In this document: positions 19,734 to 29,546 of the stretch, piece by piece | How the letters are laid out: every line of letters begins with the position of its first letter | Position numbering within the stretch: position 1 is the first letter of the stretch | From: Promethearchaeota archaeon | GTDB taxonomy: Archaea; Asgardarchaeota; Lokiarchaeia; Sigyniarchaeales; SOKP01 | Length of the DNA: 64,000 nucleotides | Assembly (NCBI GenBank): GCA_048940805.1 | Contig: JBHLOF010000007.1 | Span: 287 to 64,286 of the forward strand | Reading direction: 5' to 3' | Notes under the pieces: generated by a model | What the model was told of the DNA's origin: nothing | The model's input: only the letters and a program-made list of their open reading frames with translations | Databases searched by the model: none | Position numbers and translations under genes: made by a program

Positions 19734-20842
19734 TCGATGATTTCTCTGAGGGGGATTCCAAAGAGATTGAGAATAAACCGCACGTTAGACTTACTGAAAG
19801 TAGGCAAAATGAAGATGTTTTAGAGTACGAGATTGCTAGAAAAAAGAGAAAAAAACCTGATTATTACAAGCATCTTGCTAATACTCTAGATTACAAAACA
19901 ATTAAAAGATTAACCCAGTTAGCAATGGCTTCCGACAATTTAGACGCAGTTCTAGGGCTTATAAAGGCTAATGTTTATGCGGCAACGGATACTTTGGATA
20001 CTGAGGAGGGTGTAAAGTTCTTCACTGATAAGATTAAAGAAGCACCAGACTTTATGCCAGAAATTTACTTTTTTATTAGGCGTCCTATATCAGCAAGGTA
20101 CAAATCTATTTTTAGGCGCTTAGCCCGACAAAGTATATTAAAATTATCATTGAAGATAACTAGTAAGGGTATACGAGGTCAATTTAAAAGATCAATTCCC
20201 TATTACAAAATAGGAATGCCTGAGTTTAGTTTAGATGAAACAATCCAACATAATCCGTTAAAAATTTATGAGAAGAATATTAATTATAAGGATATCTTTG
20301 GAATTGTAAGAAAACGTCAAAAAAGAAAAATTGTGCTCATACTAGATACTAGCGGGAGTATGTATGGTCGTTTATTGTTGAATGCAGCCCTTACTACTTC
20401 AGTATTAGCTTATAATATGGAGAAGGAAGATTATGCTATAGTTTTATTTAACTCAGATGCAATGACCTTAAAAAAAATCAACGAAAGAACGTCAACTCTT
20501 AAAATTATTGATGACATCTTGGATTCAGAGGCAGTTGGATTTACGAATATACATCTAGGTCTTGAAAAAGGTTTAAAAGAATTAAATAAAACCAGAGAAG
20601 ACAGAAAAGGTCGTTTCGGAATTTTAATTTCGGATGGTGTATTTAATCGAGGAAAAGATCCAGTTGAAATCGCGAAACTCTTTCCAAAGTTGCATGTCAT
20701 TGGTATGCCCGCTGAAAACGATGCCGCCCAAGGGATTAGAACTTGTCAAGAGATAGCAACGGCAGGAAGAGGTAAATTCTATGCTGTTACTGATTATAAG
20801 GAAATACCTAGGGCTCTAATGGAATTATTAACACATGCCTAA
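19730..20842 (+). CDS. VWA-domain protein (MoxR partner); frame open from 19718, first ATG at 19925
   Basis: MIDAS DTSGS, FTN, ISDG; 65 further in-frame codons reach back to an ATA overlapping the moxR stop. Confidence 0.8.
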   Translation: MVDDFSEGDSKEIENKPHVRLTESRQNEDVLEYEIARKKRKKPDYYKHLANTLDYKTIKRLTQLAMASDNLDAVLGLIKANVYAATDTLDTEEGVKFFTDKIKEAPDFMPEIYFFIRRPISARYKSIFRRLARQSILKLSLKITSKGIRGQFKRSIPYYKIGMPEFSLDETIQHNPLKIYEKNINYKDIFGIVRKRQKRKIVLILDTSGSMYGRLLLNAALTTSVLAYNMEKEDYAIVLFNSDAMTLKKINERTSTLKIIDDILDSEAVGFTNIHLGLEKGLKELNKTREDRKGRFGILISDGVFNRGKDPVEIAKLFPKLHVIGMPAENDAAQGIRTCQEIATAGRGKFYAVTDYKEIPRALMELLTHA

Positions 20843-20920
20843 AAATATTAGATCTCGTCACATGAAGACTATTTTATAGTAAAAAAATGTGAAATAAATA
20901 ATCAATAAGAGAGGTATAAA

Positions 20921-21511
20921 ATGTTTCATGATATCCCAGACAAAATAATAAAAAAGATGCAATCCCTAGAAGAAATTGACTCGAGAGATAGAAATGATGG
21001 TACGCCTCGTTTAAAAAGATTACGTCAAATTCCACCTGAAACAGGAAAATTCCTTTCAATTTTAGCTGCTTCTGCACCTGAGGGTAAATTTGTTGAAATT
21101 GGGACAAGTGCAGGATATTCAACCTTATGGATAGCTCTCGCCTGTAAATTAAAAGGAATTAAAATAACCACATTTGAAATTTTAAAGAATAAAATAGAAT
21201 TAGCAAAAAAGACATTCAAAGACACTGATATGGAGGATTACATTGAATTGATAGAGGGTGATGCAAGAAATTATATAAAAGATTATCAAAATATAGCATT
21301 CTGTTTTTTGGATGCTGAGAAGGAAATATATGAAGAATGTTATGACTTATTAGTTCCTCTTATGATTCAGGGAGGAATTCTCATAGCTGATAATGCGATA
21401 AATCATTATGAAACTCTAAAACCAATGATTGATAAAGCTTTGAAGGATTATCGAGTAGATGCCCTTATTGTCCCAATAGGAAAGGGAGAATTAGTATGTA
21501 GAAAATTATAA
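20921..21511 (+). CDS. O-methyltransferase (Methyltransf_3-like)
   Basis: [20 protein letters not shown]. Confidence 0.88.
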   Translation: MFHDIPDKIIKKMQSLEEIDSRDRNDGTPRLKRLRQIPPETGKFLSILAASAPEGKFVEIGTSAGYSTLWIALACKLKGIKITTFEILKNKIELAKKTFKDTDMEDYIELIEGDARNYIKDYQNIAFCFLDAEKEIYEECYDLLVPLMIQGGILIADNAINHYETLKPMIDKALKDYRVDALIVPIGKGELVCRKL

Positions 21512-21799
21512 TGCTCCCATTACTACAAAATTTGATTTAATATCGAATATTTTCTTAAAAACCAATTTAAAGAAATTTTTATTTTATATTCTGAAGCAAA
21601 GAGTTTCTCAACTAAGCGTATTGGAATCCTTATATAAAAACAGTTTAATTTAAAGCTCTGTCGTTTGATAAAGATTTTAAATCCATATAAAAAAGTATAT
21701 CAAAAATATAAATAACAACATTTTTTCTAAAGTATTATAGTATCATTTTATTACAACAAATTTATATGCAACTAAGAAGTTAGTGTTACTCATAGAACC

Positions 21800-22375
21800 A
21801 TGGAAGACAGGAATTTTAAATATATTTTTAAAATTTGTTTGATTGGGAGTGGTGGCGTAGGAAAAACATGCATTGCCCGTAGATTGTGCTTTAACACTTT
21901 TAATGCAGACACTAAATTAACAGTTGGTATAGATTTTTATACCCATGACATCCCCATTGTAATTAAAGGAGAAGACACGTTTGCTCGCCTTTCAATTTGG
22001 GATTTTGGAGGGCAAGAACAGTTTAAAACTCTATTTGGATATTATATTTCAGGAGCAAGTGGTATATTTTTAGTTTTTGACTTATTGCAGATGGAATCAC
22101 TTGTAAAATTAGATTGGTGGTATGAAAATCTGGTTCAATTTAAATTGGAGGATCGCCCTAAAGTATTAATCGGTACAAAAATTGATTTAGCGCAAGGAGA
22201 AGATAAAAAGTTTAAGATCGCTGATTATATCATCACCCAATTCCTTCAGAACCACAATGAAAAAGATTTTATTAAAACCTCTTCGAAAGATAACACTAAT
22301 ATCCTCTATAGCTTTAAAGAAATAACAAGAAAAATAATGGATTATCATCATTTAGATTATGATAAATTTCCTTAA
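21800..22375 (+). CDS. Rab/Roc-like small GTPase
   Basis: G1 GSGGVGKT, G2 TVG, G3 WDFGGQ, G4 TKID, G5 SSK; no C-terminal Cys prenylation motif. Confidence 0.92.
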   Translation: MEDRNFKYIFKICLIGSGGVGKTCIARRLCFNTFNADTKLTVGIDFYTHDIPIVIKGEDTFARLSIWDFGGQEQFKTLFGYYISGASGIFLVFDLLQMESLVKLDWWYENLVQFKLEDRPKVLIGTKIDLAQGEDKKFKIADYIITQFLQNHNEKDFIKTSSKDNTNILYSFKEITRKIMDYHHLDYDKFP

Positions 22376-22463
22376 TACATCTTCTTAAAGGTTATTATAT
22401 CCCTTTTATAAAGTTTTAACATTTAAAATTTAGTTGCTAGGCTTAACTTTTTTATAAATTAAA

Positions 22464-23105
22464 TTGATTTCACTAAAATACGGATTTTTCTCTTTAGAAT
22501 CTATGGAACATGTGAAAATTAATAAAAAAAGAATTTACATAGATAAACAAATCTTGTATTTAGAGCATTTCAATATACGAAATATAGGTGAAATTAAACG
22601 GATAAAAAAAATAACTGATTTATTGGAATTATATTTAGAGAAAAACAAGATTTCCAGAATAGAAAAATTAGATCATCTTAGTAAGTTAAAAAAACTTCAT
22701 TTAGAAACAAATTTAATATCAGAAATTAGTGGTTTGGATTCACTTATTAATCTCGAGGAATTAGAATTAAGTGGAAATCAAATCTCAATTATTACAAACT
22801 TAAAAAATTTAAAAAATTTAAAGGAATTACTCTTAAATGATAATAACATCAGTGATATCAAAGGTCTTAAGTATTTGACAAATCTTGAACATTTAGATTT
22901 AAGTAATAATCAAATTAAAGAGATTGATGGAATAGCAGATTTAGAAAACTTAAGATACTTAAATCTATCTGGTAACGAAATCAAATCTATAGAATCTTTA
23001 GTTCATTTAAAAAAATTAGAGAAATTAGATGTTGCAAATAATCCCATTATTGATTTTGAGATTATTAAACGGTTTGAAAACCTAAAAGAATTTAGAAAAG
23101 GATAA
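22464..23105 (+). CDS. Leucine-rich repeat protein (SDS22-like); real start may be ATG near 22504
   Basis: About 7 22-aa LxxLxLxxNxIxxI repeats. Confidence 0.9.
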   Translation: MISLKYGFFSLESMEHVKINKKRIYIDKQILYLEHFNIRNIGEIKRIKKITDLLELYLEKNKISRIEKLDHLSKLKKLHLETNLISEISGLDSLINLEELELSGNQISIITNLKNLKNLKELLLNDNNISDIKGLKYLTNLEHLDLSNNQIKEIDGIADLENLRYLNLSGNEIKSIESLVHLKKLEKLDVANNPIIDFEIIKRFENLKEFRKG

Positions 23106-23124
23106 AACTATTTTAAGAACTAAC

Positions 23125-23565
23125 GTGAATTTTATGAGTTTAGATGATGTTAAGGAACAAATCAGAGAAATTGTTGATCGTGAAACTAGGGCATGGGATA
23201 CTCAAGATGTGGATTTACTATTGACCATTTTTCACCCTGATATGGTGTGGCCATGGCCTAAAACACCTCAATCTCATGATCCTATGAATTGGATATTGGA
23301 GTGGGGTAGATTTAATGAGAAACGTTGGAAAAATGGCTGGCTAGAGCTTTTTAATACCCATAAATTGAGCCATAATACCCGAGAGATAAAAAAGATTGAA
23401 GTTTCTAAAGAATTAGATGGTGCCTTCGCAGTTGTAGATATCGATACTTTATGGATAGATAAAAATGGAATTAATAACCATTGGAAAGGGAGAACTTGTA
23501 AGGTTTATACAAAAATTCAAGACGAATGGAAAATGATTATGCAAACTGGAGTTCTAGATTATTAA
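23125..23565 (+). CDS. NTF2/SnoaL-like domain protein
   Basis: AWDTQDVD..IFHPD and C-terminal WKM pattern. Confidence 0.7.
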   Translation: MNFMSLDDVKEQIREIVDRETRAWDTQDVDLLLTIFHPDMVWPWPKTPQSHDPMNWILEWGRFNEKRWKNGWLELFNTHKLSHNTREIKKIEVSKELDGAFAVVDIDTLWIDKNGINNHWKGRTCKVYTKIQDEWKMIMQTGVLDY

Positions 23566-23567
23566 GT

Positions 23568-24419
23568 TTAACCCATATCCATATCTTCTAAAACAGGTTT
23601 ATCTTCAAGAAACTCACAACTCAATCCTAAATTTTCAAAATATTTACACAGTGCAATGCACGCAAATTTTTCTGTGGAATAATGAGTCCCCCCGATGATA
23701 TTGAGTTGGTTTTCTTTTTCAAATGTATGTACTTCTTTACTGTAATCATTTAATGCTGTAATCCCAGTTACATATGTATTAATCCCGAGATCTAATACTT
23801 CTTGAACAATATAAATTTCATTTCCCCCTCCAGCAACCACAGCAACTTTTTGGTTTTTTATATCATCTGAACCATATTTCCATAATTTCGTCCTATGACC
23901 AATTGCCGAACTTAGTTTATTAGCTAATTCCTCAGGTGTTTTCAAATTGGTTTTACCATATATACCCACCTTGACTCCAAAATATTCACAGAATTCACCT
24001 TCAGGTATAATATCTAACGCTCTAGCTAAATTTGTAGTAGTGGAATATTCTCCATTTTTGTCTAAAGGCACATGCATGGTGTACATCGAGATCTTACGCT
24101 TTTTCAGCTCTGGCAGCAATTCCAGATTAACATTTTCAAAAATTTCTTTTTTAGTAATATCCCATACCATCGGATGATGGGTTACAATTAGGATATTTTC
24201 CTCGTTTAATTCTAAAACTTTGTTCAGAATTAGGTCTGATGGGAAAACTGCAGTAAATATCCTCTCAATCTCTTTAGAATTATCTAAATAGATCCCCATA
24301 TATCGCTTTTTGAACTTTTTGCTAATATATTTGTTATAATCCAAATATTTCCAATCATCCTTACATTTGTCAAGCTCAAAATCTTTATCGAGTTTTTTGT
24401 ATAATTTTTGTGCTATCAT
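23568..24419 (-). CDS. Nif3-like dinuclear metal protein
   Basis: THHP, HVPLD, VAGGG, GTHYSTE. Confidence 0.88.
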   Translation of the reverse strand: MIAQKLYKKLDKDFELDKCKDDWKYLDYNKYISKKFKKRYMGIYLDNSKEIERIFTAVFPSDLILNKVLELNEENILIVTHHPMVWDITKKEIFENVNLELLPELKKRKISMYTMHVPLDKNGEYSTTTNLARALDIIPEGEFCEYFGVKVGIYGKTNLKTPEELANKLSSAIGHRTKLWKYGSDDIKNQKVAVVAGGGNEIYIVQEVLDLGINTYVTGITALNDYSKEVHTFEKENQLNIIGGTHYSTEKFACIALCKYFENLGLSCEFLEDKPVLEDMDMG

Positions 24420-24501
24420 TAATGATGTCTCTTATTATCAATGAAAAAAATTGATATAGATTCTCTCTATTATATATAAAGACCGTAATTTAGGAAGGAT
24501 A

Positions 24502-25257
24502 TTAAATGTTTACAGCCATTTGATCTAAAATTTCTTTTCTAATTTGATTGAATTGAGGACCAGTTCTGTTTCTAGGCCTTTGTAAATTTATAGGTATAGA
24601 TCTCTTTACATTGGCAGGAACTGAACTTAATATAATAATCCGATCAGATAAGTAAACTGCTTCATCAATATTGTGCGTAACAAACACAATTGTTCTTTTC
24701 GATTTTTTCCAAATTTCTAATATTTCGTCTTGTAACTTATTTCTGGTTTGAGCATCTATAGATATTAATGGTTCATCTAATAGAAGTAAAGTTTGGTCTA
24801 TTGCTAACGCACGAGCTATAGCTACTTTTTGTCTCATACCCCCAGAAATATCTTTTGGATAATAATTTCTAAATTCACCCAAACCAATTAATTTTAATAA
24901 TTCTTCAATTTTTTTTTCTGAATCAATCTTCTTTACACCTTGAAGTTTTAAACCAAATTTTATGTTGCTCTCAATATTTTTCCAAGGGAATAAAGAATAT
25001 TCTTGAGGCACATAACCTATTTTTTTAGAAGGTTTATGAATTTCAATTCCATCGAGAATAATAACTCCTGAGGTGGGTTGTTCTAAACCCGCGATAATTC
25101 GAATTAATGTAGTTTTTCCGCAACCACTTGGACCCAAGATTGTTAAAAATTCTTTTTCTTTGACATTTATAGATATAGAATCTAATACATGAAGTCTATT
25201 TCCATTTCTTTCAAAAACTTTTGAAATGTTTTGTATTTCTAATTTAGCTACTTGCAA
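24502..25257 (-). CDS. NitT/TauT-type ABC transporter ATPase
   Basis: GPSGCGKTT, ISGGM, LLDEP, VTHNIDEA. Confidence 0.92.
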   Translation of the reverse strand: MQVAKLEIQNISKVFERNGNRLHVLDSISINVKEKEFLTILGPSGCGKTTLIRIIAGLEQPTSGVIILDGIEIHKPSKKIGYVPQEYSLFPWKNIESNIKFGLKLQGVKKIDSEKKIEELLKLIGLGEFRNYYPKDISGGMRQKVAIARALAIDQTLLLLDEPLISIDAQTRNKLQDEILEIWKKSKRTIVFVTHNIDEAVYLSDRIIILSSVPANVKRSIPINLQRPRNRTGPQFNQIRKEILDQMAVNI

Positions 25258-26032
25258 TTGTAGCCCTCCATCGTAATAGGTAATTTTCTATAAATTTAAC
25301 CAAAAAATTTATTCCAAAACCGATTAAGCCCGTTAAAAGCATGGCGGAAAATGTTAATCCAAAATTACCAAATTGAGCTGAATATTGTATTAAATATCCC
25401 AAACCAAGAGGGGTATTTAATCCTACTAATTCAGCAGCAATAACACACATCCACCCCACACCTAGCCCAATCCTTATTCCTACTAAAATAGAAGGCAATG
25501 TTGATGGTAAAACAACATATAAGATTGTATCTGAACGAGAAGCACCTAAAGTTTTAGCTACATCCATATGGATTACTGATGTTTCTTGTACACCCTTTAT
25601 TGTACTTGTTAAAATTGGAAAAAATGCACCAATGAAAATTATAAAGGATTGGGAAATTAAACCAAGTCCAAAAAAGACTAAGGCAAAAGGGATCCATGCA
25701 AAGGGGGGAATTGGTCTAAAGATTTCTATTATAGGATTAAATGCGGATTGAATTTTCTTTGATAACCCCATAAACAATCCTAAAGGGACTGCAATAATTA
25801 ACGCAAAATAAAATCCCAAACTAACTCTTAATAAGCTAGCAAATATGTGATCAAAAAAATTATAACCAAAATTGTCTCCTTGAATACTAAAATCGATAAA
25901 TGCCTTCATAACTTCGAAAGGGGTAGGAATTATTGTAGAAATCTGTAGACTAGCAATTACTTGCCAAATAATAATAAAAATAAAAATAGATAAAATTGAA
26001 ATTTGAACACGCTTAATTTTCTGTTTATTCAC
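25244..26032 (-). CDS. NitT/TauT-type ABC transporter permease
   Basis: RPIPPFAWIP, LGAS, AAEL, GLGY. Confidence 0.92.
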   Translation of the reverse strand: MNKQKIKRVQISILSIFIFIIIWQVIASLQISTIIPTPFEVMKAFIDFSIQGDNFGYNFFDHIFASLLRVSLGFYFALIIAVPLGLFMGLSKKIQSAFNPIIEIFRPIPPFAWIPFALVFFGLGLISQSFIIFIGAFFPILTSTIKGVQETSVIHMDVAKTLGASRSDTILYVVLPSTLPSILVGIRIGLGVGWMCVIAAELVGLNTPLGLGYLIQYSAQFGNFGLTFSAMLLTGLIGFGINFLVKFIENYLLRWRATIASS

Positions 26033-26041
26033 TTAAATCCC

Positions 26042-27046
26042 TCAAGCATTCAAATAGCTCTCATCAAACAATTCTTGGAAGAAATTAGCTCTCCCAGAAG
26101 ACCACGCAGCGATGTTAGAATTTAAAGTAGTAAGATCATCATAAAATCGTTCTATTTCAGATTGAAATAATGTATAGTTATACACGTAACCCACATTGTT
26201 TAAAGCTATTTCAATTACGCTATTGGAGACAATACCGGTATATTTTTTTGCTATAACAATAAGATCATCATGATTTGAAGTATTTGCCATCCATTCCAGA
26301 GCCCTTTTATGAACTCGTACTATTTTTTGAGCTTTGTCGGAATTAGAATTCAAGAACCCTGTAGACGCTGCTATTATACAACAAGGATGATTAGGCCAAA
26401 TATTTGAGCTTTTATTCAAATAAATTGCTCCAATGTCAGTAGCTTTAGCATTGAATGGTTCCCAAGCCACAAAAGCATCAATTTGATTTCCTTCTAAAGA
26501 AGTTTCCATGTTTCCTACTGATAAAACTACTCGAGTAACATTATTTATACTTAAACCTACTTCTGTAAGAGCAATTTGAAGTATAAAATCTTGCATATTA
26601 TTCAATGAAGGTACCCCTATTTTCTTGTTTATCAAATCTATGGTTGTGTTTATTCCTGAGCCCCCCTTTACTATAATTGCACTACCATTTACATTTACAC
26701 CACTTATTATTTTTATAGGGGCATTTTGAGTGAGTTTATGAGCCATCGCAGGCGCAAGGCCCAAATACGATACATCTAAAGCTGAGGCCTCAAAAGCAAC
26801 CATAACTTCATTACCATTTGGAAACCAAATAATGTTTTCACTATTTATTTCTAATCCCTCCTCTGCGAAATAATCATTTTCTAATGCGACAAATAAGGGT
26901 AGATGATGCAGATCTCCCGATAACGCCCCAATCCGGATAGATGGGTTCAGTGTATTTTGAAAAATAACAACTCCTAATATTATCCCTGATGATGCAATAG
27001 CTATAATAGATATTAGAATAATTATTTTGCTTTTAGATGTTAACAA
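26042..27046 (-). CDS. NitT/TauT-type substrate-binding protein
   Basis: DLHHLP, AWEPF, HPCC; N-terminal anchor. Confidence 0.88.
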   Translation of the reverse strand: MLTSKSKIIILISIIAIASSGIILGVVIFQNTLNPSIRIGALSGDLHHLPLFVALENDYFAEEGLEINSENIIWFPNGNEVMVAFEASALDVSYLGLAPAMAHKLTQNAPIKIISGVNVNGSAIIVKGGSGINTTIDLINKKIGVPSLNNMQDFILQIALTEVGLSINNVTRVVLSVGNMETSLEGNQIDAFVAWEPFNAKATDIGAIYLNKSSNIWPNHPCCIIAASTGFLNSNSDKAQKIVRVHKRALEWMANTSNHDDLIVIAKKYTGIVSNSVIEIALNNVGYVYNYTLFQSEIERFYDDLTTLNSNIAAWSSGRANFFQELFDESYLNA

Positions 27047-27106
27047 TTATATCCCTTCAGATTTTTTATTATAATTAAACTTTTTAATGGCATACTATAA
27101 TATAGA

Positions 27107-27139
27107 AAATTACATGAATATTTAAATATTATGTAATTT
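27107..27139. promoter_or_regulatory. 33-bp near-perfect palindrome in divergent promoter
   Basis: AAATTACAT-G-AATATTTAAATATT-ATGTAATTT. Confidence 0.55.
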
Positions 27140-27194
27140 AATATAATATTAATGACATTGTTTTTAAAAAAATAAAAATATTAGTTTTACGATC

Positions 27195-27773
27195 ATGTCG
27201 AAATCAAAGGAAAGCCCAAAAAAATCTGTACATGCAACTATATCAAATCAATCCTTTAATATTGTTGAACAATTTGAAGAGGAATATGGCTCGAAATCAG
27301 CAGTAGTGGATGAGGCTATTAAAATATTGAAAAAGTTTAAAGAACCGCATCAAGGATCAATTGAAGAAATATGGTGCAGAGCTAGAGCGGAATTAAACAT
27401 GGTTCTTGTAGGCAAAACTACGTTTCTTTCTTATATAAAAGGTAAGTATGAGGAAGCCATTAAAAACAATATTGCTATTGAAGCAATCGAATGGTTTCTA
27501 GGAAAAAGAAAAGAAGAACTCTCATTAGAAGAGTTTTTAAAAGGTTTAACGGGGATGTGGGAGGTTGCAAATTATTTCTATAAAATTGAATTGGAAAAGA
27601 ATGATAAGGGAGTTTTTCAAATACGATTTAACCACGACTTGACTCGAGATTACAGCCAGTACTGGGCGAAATATTTTGAAGCTCTTCTCAAGGAAAATTG
27701 GGATTGTACAGTGGATTCCTTTATTCGGAATGAGTCATTCTTTCTAATAATAAAAGAATTGAAAAAAAATTAA
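27195..27773 (+). CDS. Putative ribbon-helix-helix regulator with C-terminal ligand-binding domain
   Basis: SVHATIS..SKSAVVDEAI RHH pattern; divergent from the ABC operon. Confidence 0.5.
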   Translation: MSKSKESPKKSVHATISNQSFNIVEQFEEEYGSKSAVVDEAIKILKKFKEPHQGSIEEIWCRARAELNMVLVGKTTFLSYIKGKYEEAIKNNIAIEAIEWFLGKRKEELSLEEFLKGLTGMWEVANYFYKIELEKNDKGVFQIRFNHDLTRDYSQYWAKYFEALLKENWDCTVDSFIRNESFFLIIKELKKN

Positions 27774-28930
27774 TACTTATTTTGAAAATAATATATCTTT
27801 TCATTACTCCCCATTAAAACAAATCTACCATCTGAGGAAATTGAAGTGGAGGATATATAGCGACTCATGTCATACCTCCATGAATTAGATAATAAATCAA
27901 AATTAAATACATAAAGTTCTCCTTCATCATCTGGACAAGGACATCCCGCACACGCTAAACAATAATAGAATATTGTGCTTGCTGCTACAACACTTCTACC
28001 ATTAGAAGAAATTGACAAATATTCGATTCCCCATGGAGTTTCATAAGAAAATATCGGTTCTGATAATATAGGACTGAAAATGTTAATTAAACCATCCGAA
28101 TTTCCTGCTGCGATTATTGAACCATCATCGGAAATTGCTACTGATGTAATATATCGACCAAAATCACAACTCCAAATTGGTGTATCGCTATCTCTATTGA
28201 ACAGATATAATGTTTTGGGATATTTGTCGAGTACTATATATTCACCTAATACTACATACCTTCCATTTGCAGACATTGCGATTCGTTGACTACGATTATC
28301 TATTGGAAATCTCCATAACGATGTATTACTAAATTTAGAAAACATATAGAGATAATTCCCATCTACAGCTACAATAAAGGAACCATCAGAGGAAATTTTT
28401 ACCATACCGAATAATTCTTCTGATGTAAAACTCCAAATTGGTGAAAATGTTGTAGTTGAATATAAAAAAAGTGTGTTATACTCAGTCACTACAAAGTATT
28501 CACCATTCCGTGAGAATTCTACTGAGTGCAGCCAAGAAGAAGCTTTAATAAAACGTTGATTAATATATCCATTTTCTATTGAAAATACATAAAGATTATC
28601 CCAATCAACTCCAGCGAAATATTTACCATTAGCTGTAATAGAAACGGGATGCATATGATCAATATTATCATACTCCCATATTGGGTAACGGTAAGATTTA
28701 TGAAATAACAGAAGCTTTGAAGCAGTACTTATAACATAGTAAGAGTTATCATACGAAATCTCTATATCTGTTACCTGACCTCCTGTATCATAAAACCAAC
28801 TATAGTTTTTATAAGAAAGAAATGAACTAGAAAAGGGGGTTATTAATATTGGAATAGTAAAGCCTAAAATAATAATGAGTCCAGCTACAATATTTTTGTT
28901 AATATTTCTTAAGTGGGTATCCATCACCAT
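27770..28930 (-). CDS. Membrane-anchored WD40/PQQ-like beta-propeller protein
   Basis: Repeated W..V.ISxDGxYxV blades; N-terminal hydrophobic segment. Confidence 0.8.
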   Translation of the reverse strand: MVMDTHLRNINKNIVAGLIIILGFTIPILITPFSSSFLSYKNYSWFYDTGGQVTDIEISYDNSYYVISTASKLLLFHKSYRYPIWEYDNIDHMHPVSITANGKYFAGVDWDNLYVFSIENGYINQRFIKASSWLHSVEFSRNGEYFVVTEYNTLFLYSTTTFSPIWSFTSEELFGMVKISSDGSFIVAVDGNYLYMFSKFSNTSLWRFPIDNRSQRIAMSANGRYVVLGEYIVLDKYPKTLYLFNRDSDTPIWSCDFGRYITSVAISDDGSIIAAGNSDGLINIFSPILSEPIFSYETPWGIEYLSISSNGRSVVAASTIFYYCLACAGCPCPDDEGELYVFNFDLLSNSWRYDMSRYISSTSISSDGRFVLMGSNEKIYYFQNKY

Positions 28931-28943
28931 TATTCTGTGAAAG

Positions 28944-29357
28944 TTAAACTTTTACGCTTCTAATTTCTTTTTCTTCTAGGGCATAACCTAAAATGGCCCC
29001 TAGTAATATTAAGACAATGTCAGTAAAGTTTCCCGTACCACTTAAATAAAAAAATTGAATATAGCCAAAACCTGTATCATAGAAAAAAATGGGAACAAAG
29101 GTTCCTATGATCGCTCCGATTCCAGATATCATACAAAATTTATAGCCTTTAGTATCACCTCTCAAGACAATTACCGAACCCACAATAGCAAGACTACTCC
29201 AAATTAATGTTACCACTAAATGAATGTATCTAAAAGTAGTTGTTATATCTATAGTGAAGTTTCTTATAAATAGTGAATATTCTAATCCCCATCTTAACAA
29301 AAGAATCCCGCCTAATAAACTTATAAATGAACCTACTTTGGGTATGCTTAATTCCAT
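28944..29357 (-). CDS. Small hypothetical membrane protein
   Basis: About 4 TM segments. Confidence 0.55.
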   Translation of the reverse strand: MELSIPKVGSFISLLGGILLLRWGLEYSLFIRNFTIDITTTFRYIHLVVTLIWSSLAIVGSVIVLRGDTKGYKFCMISGIGAIIGTFVPIFFYDTGFGYIQFFYLSGTGNFTDIVLILLGAILGYALEEKEIRSVKV

Positions 29358-29546
29358 AAATCTCCCTCATATGAATATTTCTTTCATAAATTTATATATT
29401 TTTCGTTCAAAGATTGATATTGTCAATAAAATCAAGGATTTCATTATGAGAAATACATTTCTCTTTTTAAATTGTTGGTTCTTTAATATAAATATTAAAA
29501 ATTTATACTCTTCTTCTCTTTTAATAGTAGAATATATTTATTATTA

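Noticed and set aside
22790-22825. Short tandem DNA repeat (ttaaaaaat)n
   Set aside because: It encodes LKNLKNLK inside the LRR protein; not a CRISPR array or independent repeat
21800-23105. Split or frameshifted Roco gene
   Set aside because: Domain order is reversed, no COR domain is present, and both ORFs look complete
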